A DNA stretch of 64,000 nt from Octopus vulgaris (lineage: Eukaryota), in NCBI GenBank assembly GCA_951406725.2, contig OX597816.1:42904001-42968000 (forward strand), read 5' to 3'. Of the stretch, positions 1-12,919 are shown one piece after another. Both the position numbers and the translations under genes were made by a program. The notes beneath the pieces are model-generated. The model ran no database searches. It was not told where the DNA came from and saw only the letters and a program-made list of their open reading frames with translations. Numbering within the stretch: the first letter of the stretch is position 1; every line of letters begins with the position of its first letter.

Positions 1-446
1 CCGCTGCGGCTTATATTACACCATATAATTCACTGGTGCCTGTTTTACTGGCGGTATAGTGAAGAGAGAAAATGTCCAAGCTGAAATTGAGCTCAGTAAG
101 AATATTTGAGACTAGACACGAAAATAATTTTTGCGATACTCTGATAATCCAGATAAATCACTGCTGCGAGTTAACACTAAACATTATTAACAGAGGACGA
201 TTCACCTTCGAGCCATGTAATGTATTGCATTATTTGTTCCGGATCATGGAGATTTGTGATCAAATCCAGAGGATATCCAAAGTCGTTTTCATTATTTTGT
301 AGTCGATAAATACTGTCGATAAATACTGTACTGTCGCAGTCATTTCTCTCTTACACCAGCTATCATACCCTGTATGTTTCGTTGGATCAAGGTTAGGGAC
401 ACATTTAATCTAACTAAATGGGTATGAAAGAGAGCAAAGGTTGCGT

Positions 447-488
447 TTATATATATATATATATATATATCTAACTATCTATCTATAC

Positions 489-535
<47 letters not shown>

Positions 536-585
536 TGTATGTATGTATGTATGTATGTATGTATGTATGTGTGTGCGTGTGTGTG
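447..585. repeat. Compound (TA)n/(TATG)n/(TG)n microsatellite
   Basis: Directly visible simple repeats; representative of dozens of such tracts in the window. Confidence 0.95.
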
Positions 586-1368
586 CGTTTCTATGTATAT
601 ATATAAGTGTGAATGTGTATAAATATATACTACGATTTCATATGTTTATTTGACGGACGGATGTAGTGGTTCCACTCTAGATACAAGAAATGCAACAGCA
701 TAGCCATGTCGCTAGAAAGTCTGAAAAACTACTTTGTAATATTTGTCCTAACTCTTTACTTTGTGAGATCAAATCTCGTGGCGGTGTACTTTGCTTTCAT
801 CCATTCAAGATCAATAAATAAAATACTAGTTAAATACTAGAAATGATGGTATCCAATTTAAAATATTTTGTTGCATACTTGGGTCATATACTTAACCGCC
901 CAATTTAAATCGTTTGTGTACTTAATAGGCCCTTAATCTGTTACACGTGTTCGTGCATGCTTTCATGACTAACAGAGAAGTTACTGAAATTGTACATCGC
1001 AATCATTTCTTGTTTTCAAATAGATGTTTAAAGGATCTATAACATTGTCAGATGCCTTCTATAAATCAGAGACAAGACTTGCTAGTAGTATTAAACTAAT
1101 ACTGACTTTAGTAACAGTTTCCCATTTGGGAACTGGGTCTGCAAATTTGAAGTGAAGGGCTACTTAATTTCAACAATTTAATAGATACTTTATGTCAGCG
1201 AAATCCAGGGATTAAACGACAGAGACAAATAGCGCAAACTATTTCCCGGCGCTCTAATTTTTCTGCCGCTATTCGTCTTTCTATTGATATTAATATAGTC
1301 TCTTGGAAAGAAACATTAGAACGTTGGATAACTTAGTACGTGTTATACACAAACAAATGCTTTTATGC

Positions 1369-1436
<68 letters not shown>

Positions 1437-1519
1437 CCAAACGGGAAACAAAAAAACAACAACAATGGAACAATTACAGTATTATTATTAATAGGCGCTC
1501 AGGAAATGGAAGCAGGGAG

Positions 1520-1557
1520 GTATGACGTTTCGAGCGGAGCTCTTCGTCGGAAACATA
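1520..1557 (-). ncRNA. Minimal type-I hammerhead ribozyme motif in the PLE pLTR
   Basis: Minus strand: CCGACGA-A-GAGC tcc GCTC-GAA-ACGT-C; palindromic stem III ACGT, GUC cleavage triplet, U4C core variant. Confidence 0.72.
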
Positions 1558-2407
1558 AAGAAGGAAGAGAGAGGAAAGAAAGATCCCAGAGCGGGCAACA
1601 GGGATAGAGAAAAAAACGACTGGTGTTTACGAGTTACACATGGTGAAAGGCGGATGTTTACGAAAACAAGAGCAAAGTAGGTTTTTAAAGGCAAAAGAGT
1701 GGAGACAAGGTTGGTAACGCAACAGATGTGTGTGTATGTGTGAGTGTGTGCGTGTGCGTGTGTGTATGTGTGTGTGTGAGGCGAGATAAAAAAACAAAAA
1801 ATATATGTATGTGTTAGTGTGTGCGTCTGTGTGTAGGCGTGTGAGGTAGGGCGAGACAGTGGTCAGCATAGCAGACAAAGGTCAGTAGTAAGAAAAAGAA
1901 GGAAGGAGGAAGGGAGGGAGGGGAAGGGGTGGGGCGTATGTAGCGTGCCAGCGTGTGTTGAGTAGTAGTGTGTGTGTGTGTCCAGTGTCGTGGTAGTATT
2001 AATGGCGAGTAGATTGAATGTGTGTAAGAGTAATGTATATATTTAAGCAATGTGTGTATATGTGTGCGCGTGTGTGTAACGAAAAAGGGGGGGTTAAGGA
2101 AAAAGGACTCCAGCTGAGGGGAAGATGGAAGAGTGGTGCCGCGGAGACGGGCGTGGGAAAACCCAACGACAAGCGACGGTCCCAGGAATGGGCGGGAGGT
2201 CTCGTCGGGTCCAAGATCGAGGTGCATGCGGCGCGCATGCGTGCGCGAACCGGCGCAAGCGCGTGTGTGCGCGCGCCTGCGAGTATGCGCGTAAGTATGT
2301 ATGTGTGTGGATGCGTGAGTGTGTCTGTGTGTATGTCTGGGTGGCAGTGTGTCCGATGAATGTATGTGAGTATGTGTGTATATATGTGTGTGCATAGATG
2401 TATGTCC

Positions 2408-2438
<31 letters not shown>

Positions 2439-4269
2439 AGTGTGTATGTATGTACGTGTGGGTGTGGGGAAGTGTGTGTATGTGCATGTGTGTGCGCGTA
2501 TATACAGGTGTGTGAGTGAGTGTGTGTGTGTATGTATGTGTGAGTGTGTATGTATGTGTGTGTAGGATGCATGTATGTGTATGGGTGTATGTATGCGTGT
2601 GTGTATGTATGTATGTGTACGTGCGTGTGTGTGTGTGTATGCATGTAGGTGTGCGCGTGTGCATGCATGCATGCATGTGCGTATGTGTGTGTGTGTGCAT
2701 GTGTGTGGGTATATATGTATGTGCGTATATGTGTGTGTATGTGCGTACATGTGTGTGTGTGTATGCATGTGTGTGTATGTAGGTGTGTAGGCGTGTGTGT
2801 ATAGGTGTATGTATGTAAGTATGTATGGGTGTGTCCGTGTATGTGTGTGTATGTATGTGTGTGTATGTAGGTGTGTGGGCGTGTGTATATGTGTGTGTAT
2901 GTAGGTGTGTGGGCGTGTGTATATAGGTGTATGTATGTCTGGGTTTGTCCGTGCATGTTTGTGTGTGTATGCATGTGTATGTAGGTGTGTGTGTACGTGT
3001 GTAATGTATGTGTGTATGCGTGTGTATGCGTGCGTGTGTGTATGTGTGTGCGTGTGCGTGTTTAGGTGTGTGTGTGTGTGTGCGTGTATGTTGGTGTGTG
3101 CGTATGTGAGTGTGAGTGTATGGGTGTTTGTCATGCATGTGTGTGCGCGTGCAGGTGAGTGTGTGTGTAAGTATGTGTGTGTGTATGTGTGTATGTCTGT
3201 GTGTATGTATGTGCGTATAGGAGTATGTAGGTATGTGTGTGTGTATGTATATGGGTGTATGTATGTATGTGTGTGTGTGTGCATGTGTATAAGTATATGT
3301 GTGTGTGCGTATGTGTGTGTATGTGTATGTGTGTGTGTTTATGTATGTGTGTATGTATGTGTGTAGGCGTGTGTGTGTAGATGTATGTATGTATGGGTGT
3401 GTGTCTGTGTGTGTTTGTGTGTGTGTAGGTAGATGTGTGTGTCTGAGTGAGGGTATGGCTGTGTAGGTGTGTGTGTGTATGAATGTAAGTGTGTGTGTAT
3501 ACAAGTGTAATGTATGTATGTAGGTGTGTGTGTGTGTGTATGTGTACGTGTGCGTGTGTATGTGTGTGTGTGTATGCGTGTGAGTGTGAGTGTATGGGTG
3601 TATGTCTGTGTGTGTGTATGTCTGAAGTAGGTATGTGTGTGTATGTATGTATGTGTGTGTGTGCGGGTATGTGTGTGTGTGTATGTGTGTGTGTGAGTAG
3701 GTGTGCGTGTATGTATGTGGGTAGGGATGCATGCGACTGTGTGGGTATGTATGCATACATACGCACGCGCACATCCGAAGCAAGCCCACACACACGAAGC
3801 GCGCTCACGCACACAACGCACAAGCAGTACAACGCAAGCCCAAGGGGCCGACCAAGCCCCCACCGCGCGCCAAGGCGAGCGAGCGCAAAGGCCCTCGAAC
3901 GCCCCGCTACGCGGGAACCGAGGATCCATCAGCCAAAACCGGAAAGCAGAAAAGAGGGGGGGCTGCCTGGATGCAAAAAGGTGTATGTGTGTGTGCATTA
4001 AGTGTAAGGGTGTGCATGTGTGGGTATGTATGTATGTATGTGCCTACATGTATGTGTGCATGTGTGTGTGTGTGAAGTATGTACGTGCGGTGTGTGTGTG
4101 AGTGTGTGTGTATGTATGCGTATGTATGTGTGTGTGTATGTGTGTATGTATGTCTGTGTGTGTGTGTGTGTGTGTAAGTATGTATGTGTGTGTGTATGTA
4201 TGTATGTGTGTGTATGTGCATGTTGGTTTGTATGTTAGTGTGTGCATGTATGTCTGTAAGTGTGTGTGA

Positions 4270-6178
4270 TTAATTGTGTGAATGTATGTACGTAGATGGG
4301 TCTACGTATGTGTGTGTGTGAACAGGCGTGTGGGAGGTAGGTGGGTGGGTGTGTGTGGCTGGTGTGTCCGTGAAAAAAAAAAAAAAAAAAAACGGATCTG
4401 AAGAGGAGGGGGCTGTGTTAAGTCTGTGTGGGGTGGTAGTTTGTAGGGTGAAGATGTAGCGTTGCTCCAAGTGGAGCCTGGAAAGTGGGCGACCATTGTG
4501 GGGGGCGAGACCAAACACTGAGATGTCATCTAGGGAATGGCCGGCCGAGCGGAAGTGGCGTGCGACGGGAGAAAAAGAGTGTAGGCGAACGTCCCTGAAG
4601 TGTTCAGTGAAACGGTCGGACAACCGGCGTCCCGTCTGTCCTACATACAGCATCCCGCATAGGTTGTATTTAATGCAGTAAATAAGGCCAGACGAGGTGC
4701 ACGTAAAAGAGTGCCTAATGCGTACAGTATGCAGGTTGGAGCCGGTGACAGCGGTGGTGTTGGTGATGAAGGGGCAAGTGTTGCAGCGGGATCTAGAGCA
4801 AGGGAATGATCCGCGTGGGGCTGAGGGGGAAGGAGAGAGGGTGCTGTGGACCAGGAGGTCACGCAGATTGCGGGCTCGTTTGAAAGAGGACAGGGGTGGG
4901 TTAGGGAAAATGGGGCGGGTGGTGGGATCAAGCTGGAGGTGACGGAAGGCACGTAGTATCTTGCGACGAAGGGGTAGGGTAGAGGGGTGGAAAAGGAGGG
5001 GGAAGGGGGTGGGGGGTCGGGGGTGGGTGGGGGAAGGAGACAGGGCGGTAGTGCGGTCGATGCGACGGGCGCGGGTGAGGGCATCAGAGAGGAGTATGGG
5101 TGGGTAACCTCGGAGTCTGAACATGCGGGCCAGGTATTGAGATTGGGTCTCGAAATCCTGGTCGCGGCTGCACAAACGTCGGAGGCGGAGGAACTGGGAG
5201 TAGGGGATGGCTCGTTTGGTGTGGAAGGGGTGGGAGGAAGAGAAGTTGAGATAGAGGTGGGAATCCGTAGGTTTAAAGAAGGCGGTGGTGGTGAGAGAGT
5301 TGGAGGGGTGATCGATGCGGAGAGAGATGTCAAGGAAGTTGACAGAGGTGTTTGAGATGGTGGAGGTGAATTGAAGAGAGGGGTGAAAGTTGGAAAGGAA
5401 AGAGATGAATTGGCAGAGATGTTCACGGGAATGGGAGGTGGCACCTACGCAGTCGTCGATATAGCGACCGTATAGTTCGGGGGTCGGCCCAGAGAACTGG
5501 GAGAACACTTGGGCCTCAATGTAGCCAAGAAAGAGATTGGCGAAATTGGGGCCCATCCTAGTTCCCATCGCGACCCCGGACACCTGTTGGTACGTTTCCC
5601 CGGCGAACGTGAAGCAATTGAGGGTGAGGGCGAGCTCAGCCAAACGGAGAAGGGTGGGGGTGCTGGGGGTGGGGTCGGGACGACGGTCGAGGAAGTGTTG
5701 GAGGGCTAGGAGACCGTCATTGTGGGGAATCACTGTGTACAGGGATTTTACATCTAAAGTGAAGAGGAGGTGTGAGGGGCTGGAAGGGAAGGAAAAGGAA
5801 TTGAAGAGACGGAGGGCGTGGTTGGTGTCGTGTATGTGGGATGGGAGGGCTGCGACTAAGGGGGACAGGATGCGGTCGAGGTATAGGGAGATGAGTTCAG
5901 TGGGGCAATTACAGGCAGAGACTATGGGACGGCCAGGATTAGAGGGTTTATGGATCTTGGGAACGAAGTAGATGGTGGAGGTGCGGGGTGTGCGGACGAT
6001 GAGGTTGGTGGCGGCGAGGGGGAGAGCGGAGGAGGAGATGAGGTCGTGGATGGTGGAGGACACTCGCTGTTGGTAGGAGGAGGTGGGATCGGAGGGGAGG
6101 AGGCGATAGAAGAGGGGATTTTGAAGCTGGTTGAGCGCTTCCTCCCTGTATAGGTCCGCGTGCCACACTACCACTGCC

Positions 6179-6180
<2 letters not shown>
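4270..6180 (-). CDS. PLE reverse transcriptase + GIY-YIG endonuclease (5'-truncated just after the DKG motif)
   Basis: Motifs PKIHK..PGRPIVS, TLDVKSLYT.IPH, GVAMGTRMGP, YGRYIDD, FLD, CSRSRCNTC linker, LIYCI..YVGQTGRRLSDRFTEH; no internal stops. The N-terminal MYVC repeat in the ORF track is flanking microsatellite; the C-terminus beyond ~4393 is read-through of poly-T. Confidence 0.93.
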
Positions 6181-6209
<29 letters not shown>

Positions 6210-6235
6210 TTACATATACATACATACATACATAC

Positions 6236-6266
<31 letters not shown>

Positions 6267-6319
6267 CATACATACATACATACATACATACCTACACACG
6301 CACACATATACATTCGACA

Positions 6320-6515
6320 TGATAGATCGCTAGCCACTAAACCTTTTCTATTTTCTCTCCCTGCATATTTCTGTGTTCCTTTCTGTCGAAGAGCGTCGGC
6401 TCGAAACGTAAAAGACTTTCTCACTTCCCAAGAGTTAAACTAAAACATCTGTTTGTTGTTTACACACCAGTCTTCGTCTTTTGCTTTTTTTTTTTGTAAA
6501 TTCTCAATACACATA
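6320..6515 (+). mobile_element. Solo pLTR-like repeat with HHR-like motif (Neptune-related family)
   Basis: CTGTCGA-A-GAGC gtcg GCTC-GAAACGT at 6383-6409; homologous copies at 52150-52336 (-) and 55190-55378 (+); flanked by microsatellites. Confidence 0.7.
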
Positions 6516-6516
6516 C

Positions 6517-6577
<61 letters not shown>

Positions 6578-7780
6578 TATACTTAAATCGCTTTACATAC
6601 TTAGTTCAAATACTACAGATATTGTTTTCATTCATTCTATCGATACAATTTTCGGTTACGTATTTTTGCAGCATTTCATCTATAATCTTACAATATTATG
6701 AAGATTGATTCTAATTCTGATCCCCACAACCTGTTTATATATACTTCCGGATTTATATCGTGTTATTTTCTCAATTTCTGCTGCATTAACGTATATTGAT
6801 TAGACAACATAAGTCTCCCGAAGGAACTTTTACAATAACATCAGATCTCAATATCAAAAACAAAAATTCATGCCTGATTAAAATCGCATCTTATAATAAT
6901 ACTTATTTTCCTTCAATAACTTTGTTAAGGATATATGCGGTGCTGGCTTTCTCATACCATTCTAAATGAGGGTAGTTTATCATGCAATTTCATTTCTACT
7001 GTATCGAAACCAAGAGTAGTTATGAGTATTCAGCTAGGAGAGGATGAGGTAAGTTGACAACATTGGGAGATGTCTTTTATGCAACTAATCGCATGATCAA
7101 AGAGTTACAGTGCATTAGATACGTTCGACAAGAAGGAAAGCAAGTGTGTCTGAAGGAGTAGAGGAGAATATAAGTTATATTGAGTAGAGCTATGGCTAAT
7201 ATTAAGATGAGAAGTGCATGTTTGGCAATGCAGAAACTACGCATACACCTAAAGTTTCAAAGAGAATTTGGAGTAAAGAGTGAATCCTTGGAAGCAGAGA
7301 TATACTGTAAGTAAGAGTTTATTGTCTGGTGGAGATATATGCTATCTGGTGATATCTGATGGAGATATATGATATATCACATCGCTGCATCGGTGAAATG
7401 CTTCCCCGTCATGCTTTGTATTTTGTCTCTTGTGTTGTTGTGGAGAAGCTAGACGGATTGAAGAGCCGAGACACAATGTATGACACGACATACTTAGACG
7501 ATATCTCCACGTTATTGCAGATATGGTGTTAACCGGGACAATATAGACAATACGGAATTATTAAAACCATGCAGCTGGTGAGATTTGATTGTACTAAAGA
7601 TTTCGACAGGGCTTGGAACTATAAGCCCGGTTTAAAATTTTTCAGATGTGGGTCGTACCAGTTGCTATCCAGCAGACTAGAAACAAATGATGTACTGTTA
7701 TAAGAAGGTTAACTCGTCTCACGCAGAAATTATCTGGATGAAAGCTGCTCTTGATTGCTGGAGCAGACTGGATCCGTTAT

Positions 7781-7998
7781 TACGAAGGAGTGCTGAAATG
7801 TTCCTGGCTTTGGGTAAAAGAATATACAGGAGGAACAGTAAATTATAATTTTATTCAAAATATTCTTCTCACAGTTTCACGCACTTATTGCAGCGGTCCT
7901 TCAGTTTTTCGAAGCCCTGTAAAAAAACTCGGTATATTAGGACTCCAAATAGGCTTTTCACAATACCCTTAAGTCCAGCAACTTTTCAGCACTCCGTA
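7781..7998. mobile_element. mariner-type MITE
   Basis: TA-bounded imperfect TIRs tacgaaggagtgctgaaatgttcctggctt / aagtccagcaacttttcagcactccgta; second copy in opposite orientation at 47204-47422. Confidence 0.75.
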
Positions 7999-9663
7999 TT
8001 TTTGCTGTATCGTCCCGCCTTGTTCGAGATTTTACCTGATTTAAGATAGGCTTTACGGCTACAACCGGGAAAGAAGCATTGCAGTACATTTCAAATTCTT
8101 GCGTCTATAGTATTGTCTTTAAGATATGTTCTGTACTGACCAAGTGGTTCCCTAGATACCAGTTGTTTTACTGCTTCAAGATCTTAATTAAGCTTAAGTT
8201 TATATGCAGAAAATACAATTTCTGATGTTTGCGAATGAATAATTGCTAACATTTGAGAACCAGCAAGAACAAATAATCTCACCAAACTTGGGCATACACT
8301 CTTAGGATTCTATTAAGTGTCGATGATAAAAGTGCAGCACCTAAAAATATCTGCGTTTTAATCTTCGGTAAAATAGGATGGACACTTATTTATTTGAATC
8401 TGCAAGTGCCAATATCCAATAGTCGCCACAGTCAAAAGTTCTTAAAACGTACAAACGCTAGTCTATTCTACATATCACAGTCACATTTCCTCACTGCGTG
8501 TAGCCCGTTTGCAGACTCCTTTAAAAAATAATATAATGAATAACGAACTTAATTGCATGTATACTTCTGATGAATTAAAATGTATAAAATGAAATGCATT
8601 ATAATGTATTAAATATACTGATGTATTAAATTCTAGGATTTCTTTTATATATACAGATATATATATATATATATATTTGTGTGTGTGTGTGTGTGTGTGT
8701 ATGAATATGTATATATATACACAAAGATATACATATATATATCGACATATATACATGTATATACATACATATATACATGCATACATACATACGTGCATAT
8801 ATATATATATATATATTTACATATATATACGTATATGTATTTAAATACGTAAGTCAATATATATGTCCATACATAGAGACACAGATAGATAAATGATAGA
8901 TAGGTACAGATACATATAATATATTTATACATGTATATATGCATATATGCATACATGTATGTATATATATATATGTTATATACCATTTCATGCACATATA
9001 TGTATATGTATGTATGCAAGTATGTATGTATGTATGAATGTATTAGTATAAAGTGACCTTTGCATCAGTAATTCACACAGTGACATACAAACAATGAAAA
9101 TACATCAAGTAGTCACATTTCTTATCTCCGTGCCCTTTTGAGATTACATTTGATAATATTTTGGCACAGTCTAGTAATAATTTGCCAAAGATTGTCTTTC
9201 ACTTGTAAGGATAGAGATAATTAATGATCTTGAAGTTAAGAAAGAATCACTGTGTACTGAACTTTGTCAAATATATGTGGTTATATATAGACACACACCA
9301 CTTATATCCGTATACAAATGAGTTTACACACACATACACAGAAACATGGACATATATGTATAGATAGGTAAATATATAAATACATACTCAGGTATGCACG
9401 TGTATATATCTTGTACATGCATATTTAATGTGTTCGTGCGTGAATATATGTGTATGCACATATGCGTCTTTGTGTATAAATGAACATTACTGCCTGTTTC
9501 GTTTCCGTTTATTTTCTGTGCTAAAGGAAATTCAAAATGAATTAGTTTTTAATGGAGTTGCATCTTGGTTGTATTTCGATATACGAGGAATCATTTCCTT
9601 CCACTCATTCCTTGGAGATGTTTTGCATCTTTACGTAGAGCTCACAAGTATTCTTTATGCACT

Positions 9664-10043
9664 ACTAGCAGTATCGCCCGGTGTTGCTCGGGTTTGTTTC
9701 GACCCTTTAGAATTGGAATTTTCGTAAGGTAAAACTTTTGCATTATGTAGCTTGTAAGTCTCTTTAAGGGAATATTTTTATGCTTGAAATACAAAGAAAG
9801 ATGGCGACACAGCAGTCAAAAAATCGTAAAAAATAAGGATTTTCGTAGAAAAAAAGCACCTGTTTGATGTAAATAGATTTTGGTGTTAATATGGTCCGAT
9901 TTGAATTTTTCCTTCTACAGAAGAAAGAGCAAGACTTCTTCCATCACACTCTCAATTTTGGTCAAATTGCGCCTCAGGGTCTATGAAGAGATAGTGTTAG
10001 TTGAAGGCTACCCAACCTGCCATACACATATATAGAGAGAGAT
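9664..10043 (+). mobile_element. Helentron/DINE-1-like non-autonomous element
   Basis: 5' ACTAG..CGCCCGGTGTTGCTCGGG hairpin start and 3' ..ATATAGAGAGAGAT end; clearly homologous copy at 12920-13298. Confidence 0.65.
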
Positions 10044-10061
10044 TTGCACACATTTGTTTTG

Positions 10062-10283
10062 CCATTACTCTTTTACTTAGTTCAGTCATTTGACTGTGGT
10101 CATGCTGGAGCACCGCCTTTTAATCGAGCAAATCGACCCCAGGACTTATTCTTTGTAAGCCTAGTACTTATTCTATTGGTCCCTTTTGCCGAACCACTAA
10201 GTTACGGGGACGTAAACACACAAGCATCGGTTGTCAAGCGATGTTCAGGGGACAAACGCATATACACAAATATATATACACAG

Positions 10284-10344
<61 letters not shown>

Positions 10345-10826
10345 ATTATATATATATATGCCAAGAAAGTTAGGGGTTGTGGGTACAACCCACTAAGGGA
10401 TAATATTTGTTCAATATACTTTTGGTATAATACTCAATTATTAATACACAAGTGTTTTAATTGCAATGCAATTAACTTACTTATTGTATTAAATGGGTGA
10501 AAGTAAATAAATATTTTATCATTAAATTATATTGCAAATAAGAAAATGGAGAAGCACATTAGATGGTTCATCAACATTTGGACATTAAAATGTTGACTTA
10601 TTTATTTATCAAAACGTCAACCATAATAACATACATACATATAGTATATTGTTCTATATTTACGACGGGCTTCTTTCAGTTTCCGTCTACCAAATCCACT
10701 CACAAGGCTTTGGTTGGCAGGAGGCTATAGTAGAAGAGACTTCCCAAGATGCCACGCAGTGGGAGGGAACCCGAAACCATGAGGTTCGTAAGCAAGCTAC
10801 TTACCACTCAACCACTCCTACGCCTA
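10062..10826 (-). mobile_element. tRNA-derived CORE-like SINE (octopus OR2-like), interrupted in its central microsatellite
   Basis: Both halves match copies at 17700-18088 and 43471-43900; ~300 bp of unrelated AT-rich sequence at ~10340-10655. Confidence 0.75.
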
Positions 10827-11487
10827 CAGTTCTTTATTTATTCTTCTGTGACTAGAATGAAATATTTATTTCACATTTTAACAGGAGGCCAGGGATTGCA
10901 GTGGGAGCTTATCAGTCGAGTACTTGACTGGTACTTTAATTTATCATCCCCGAAATGATGAAATGCTAAGTTGACTTCAGTTGGACTTCAGGTTAGAATG
11001 TATAAAGCCCACGTTCCTGCCAGTTGGCCGCTTTAGGCTGCGACGAAGTAACCATAGATTAACACTTTGTGCACATTTTTGATCAGACTATACTTAATAC
11101 AGCTATTTCTCTCCAGTTTAACCCTGATTTAGATAATAGTTATTGCGGCGTTCTAGCTGTGATATGTTCATATTTAGTTTGTAAAGTGTTTATCTGACAA
11201 CACTTTACTAAAATTGATAATCGCTTTGTATATTCTCTTCAATGAAAATTTAGTCGCTTATTCTTATTTGTCAAACCAGAGTATAAAGGTTCTTTCATTT
11301 ACTTCTGGTGCATCTTTTGTAATATCCTGAGCGTTTAAAATCATTTTCTATTGTATGGATTTCTTTAATTAATTCAATTTTCTCCTTTGTGATTCTTCGT
11401 ATCTATTATATAACGTATAGCACGACTTGATTCTTCCTCCCTTCACTTCTAACACGTATCATATATCAAATCTAAGTCATATATCAC

Positions 11488-12240
11488 AGATCTTTTCCTT
11501 TTGAACGGCAGTTTTCAACACAATTTCTAGTTAACTAAACACCTTTAAACTTCGTATACTGGTAGAATGTGTCAAAATAAAACATCTTTTTCTCTTGGCT
11601 TTCTTGAGAAAATTGTAATTTGTAAGTTTAACGTAGTTAAATTTTTCGAATTTTAACCAATCCTATGGCCTCTATTGAGCTAAAATCATTTGCTGCGTAT
11701 AAACAGACATCATGTTACTAACCCTAACCCTAAATTTTAACCTTTCGTTTTTTCATTGTTAAATTAATTTAAGGATAGCAATCAAGAAAAAAAACGAAAG
11801 CAATGGAAAATAATTTTAATTTAACAATTAAGAAAAAATACGAAAGGCTAAAACGAAAGAAAAAACTCAAAACAAAAACAAAACGAATAATTTTAGACAC
11901 ACGCGTAACAATTAAATTGATTGAACAATCAAGAAAAAAAGCGAAAGGCTAAAATTTAGGGTTAGGGTTAGGGTGAGGGTTAGGGTTAGGGTTAGAGTTA
12001 GGGTTAGTGACAGGATGCTGTCTGTTTTAGACGCAGCAAATGATTTTAGCTCAATAGAGGCCATAGGATTGGTTAAAATTCGAAAAATTGAACTACGTTA
12101 AACTTACAAATTACAATTTTCTCAAGAAAGCCAAGAGAAAAAATGTTTTATTTTGACACATTCTACCAGTATACGAAGTTTAAAAGTGTTTAGTTAACTA
12201 GAAATTGTGTTGAAAACTGCCGTTCAAAAGGAAAAGATGC
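11488..12240. mobile_element. Long-TIR MITE with internal telomeric repeats and 8-bp TSD (Merlin- or hAT-like, unresolved)
   Basis: ~260 bp near-perfect inverted arms; TSD tatatcac at 11480-11487 and 12241-12248; (CCCTAA)2 in left arm, ~8 TTAGGG-type units in right arm. Confidence 0.88.
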
Positions 12241-12919
12241 TATATCACATCTAGAATACCTAGAGATAAGGTTTTTCAAACGGTGGACCACCACCGGCAG
12301 TCTCAACAGAAGAAGGTCCGCAATATTAAGACCTATTTTTATGAATACCCAATAACGTTTACATCACTGGCAAAAATTACTGTTACTTTGGTTGTGTATA
12401 TGTTGTGTGGACGCCCCCAGCCGATGAAGTAGGCTAGCCAATGCATAGATATAGAGGGAGAAGTCTAGATGTCAAGGTAGACTAGTCAGAGTAGCTGTGA
12501 GAGTGGGGGAGCAGAGTTGAGTAGAAGGCATCCGAATGTGCGATATAACAGTGGCGACGAAGATTTCGCAGCTCACACAGCTCCTGTGTAGTATAGCGAT
12601 ATAACAGTATATTGACATCATCTCTGTTATTTTAATTTCAATTAATAGGATTTTCACATCTGTTATGAAATAGATTGCAAGTCTTTGAGGAATGAGTTTC
12701 AATAACACAACATAAAATACAATATAAAACAAGTTATGAAATACAAAGAATATCAAAACTGTACGAAAATGTTATTAGCCACTCAAGAAATATAAAATAA
12801 AAAAATTAAATATTTTCTATTCTTAATTAGAAATATAGTTTAGAAAGACTTTTATTAGAAACTGAAAAGAATTGAAAGCAGGAGAAAGGTCATTAAGTTG
12901 TGGTTGGATTATATCAAAA

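Larger units (their letters stand above)
1435..6181 (-). mobile_element. Penelope-like retroelement (Neptune-type), 5'-truncated, inserted in (TA)n
   Basis: RT+GIY-YIG ORF at 4270-6180, long CA-rich 3' region, HHR-bearing pLTR-like end at 1435-1700; (TA)n directly abuts both ends (1371-1434 and 6182-6207). Confidence 0.88.

Noticed and set aside
1814-4247. Long His/Thr- or Val/Cys-rich ORFs (up to 598 aa)
   Set aside because: They are translations of degenerate CA/TG repeats that lack stop codons in several frames at once; no domain signal
6320-6515. Inverted 5' pLTR belonging to the adjacent Neptune element
   Set aside because: It is separated from the element by (TA)n/(TACA)n and clearly diverged from the element's own pLTR at 1435-1700; more likely an independent insertion
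7000-8200. Decayed CR1-like RT remnant on the minus strand
   Set aside because: Only faint peptide resemblance with many stops; needs a profile-HMM search
11956-12006. Chromosome end or telomere fusion site
   Set aside because: The short array lies inside a TSD-flanked inverted-repeat element
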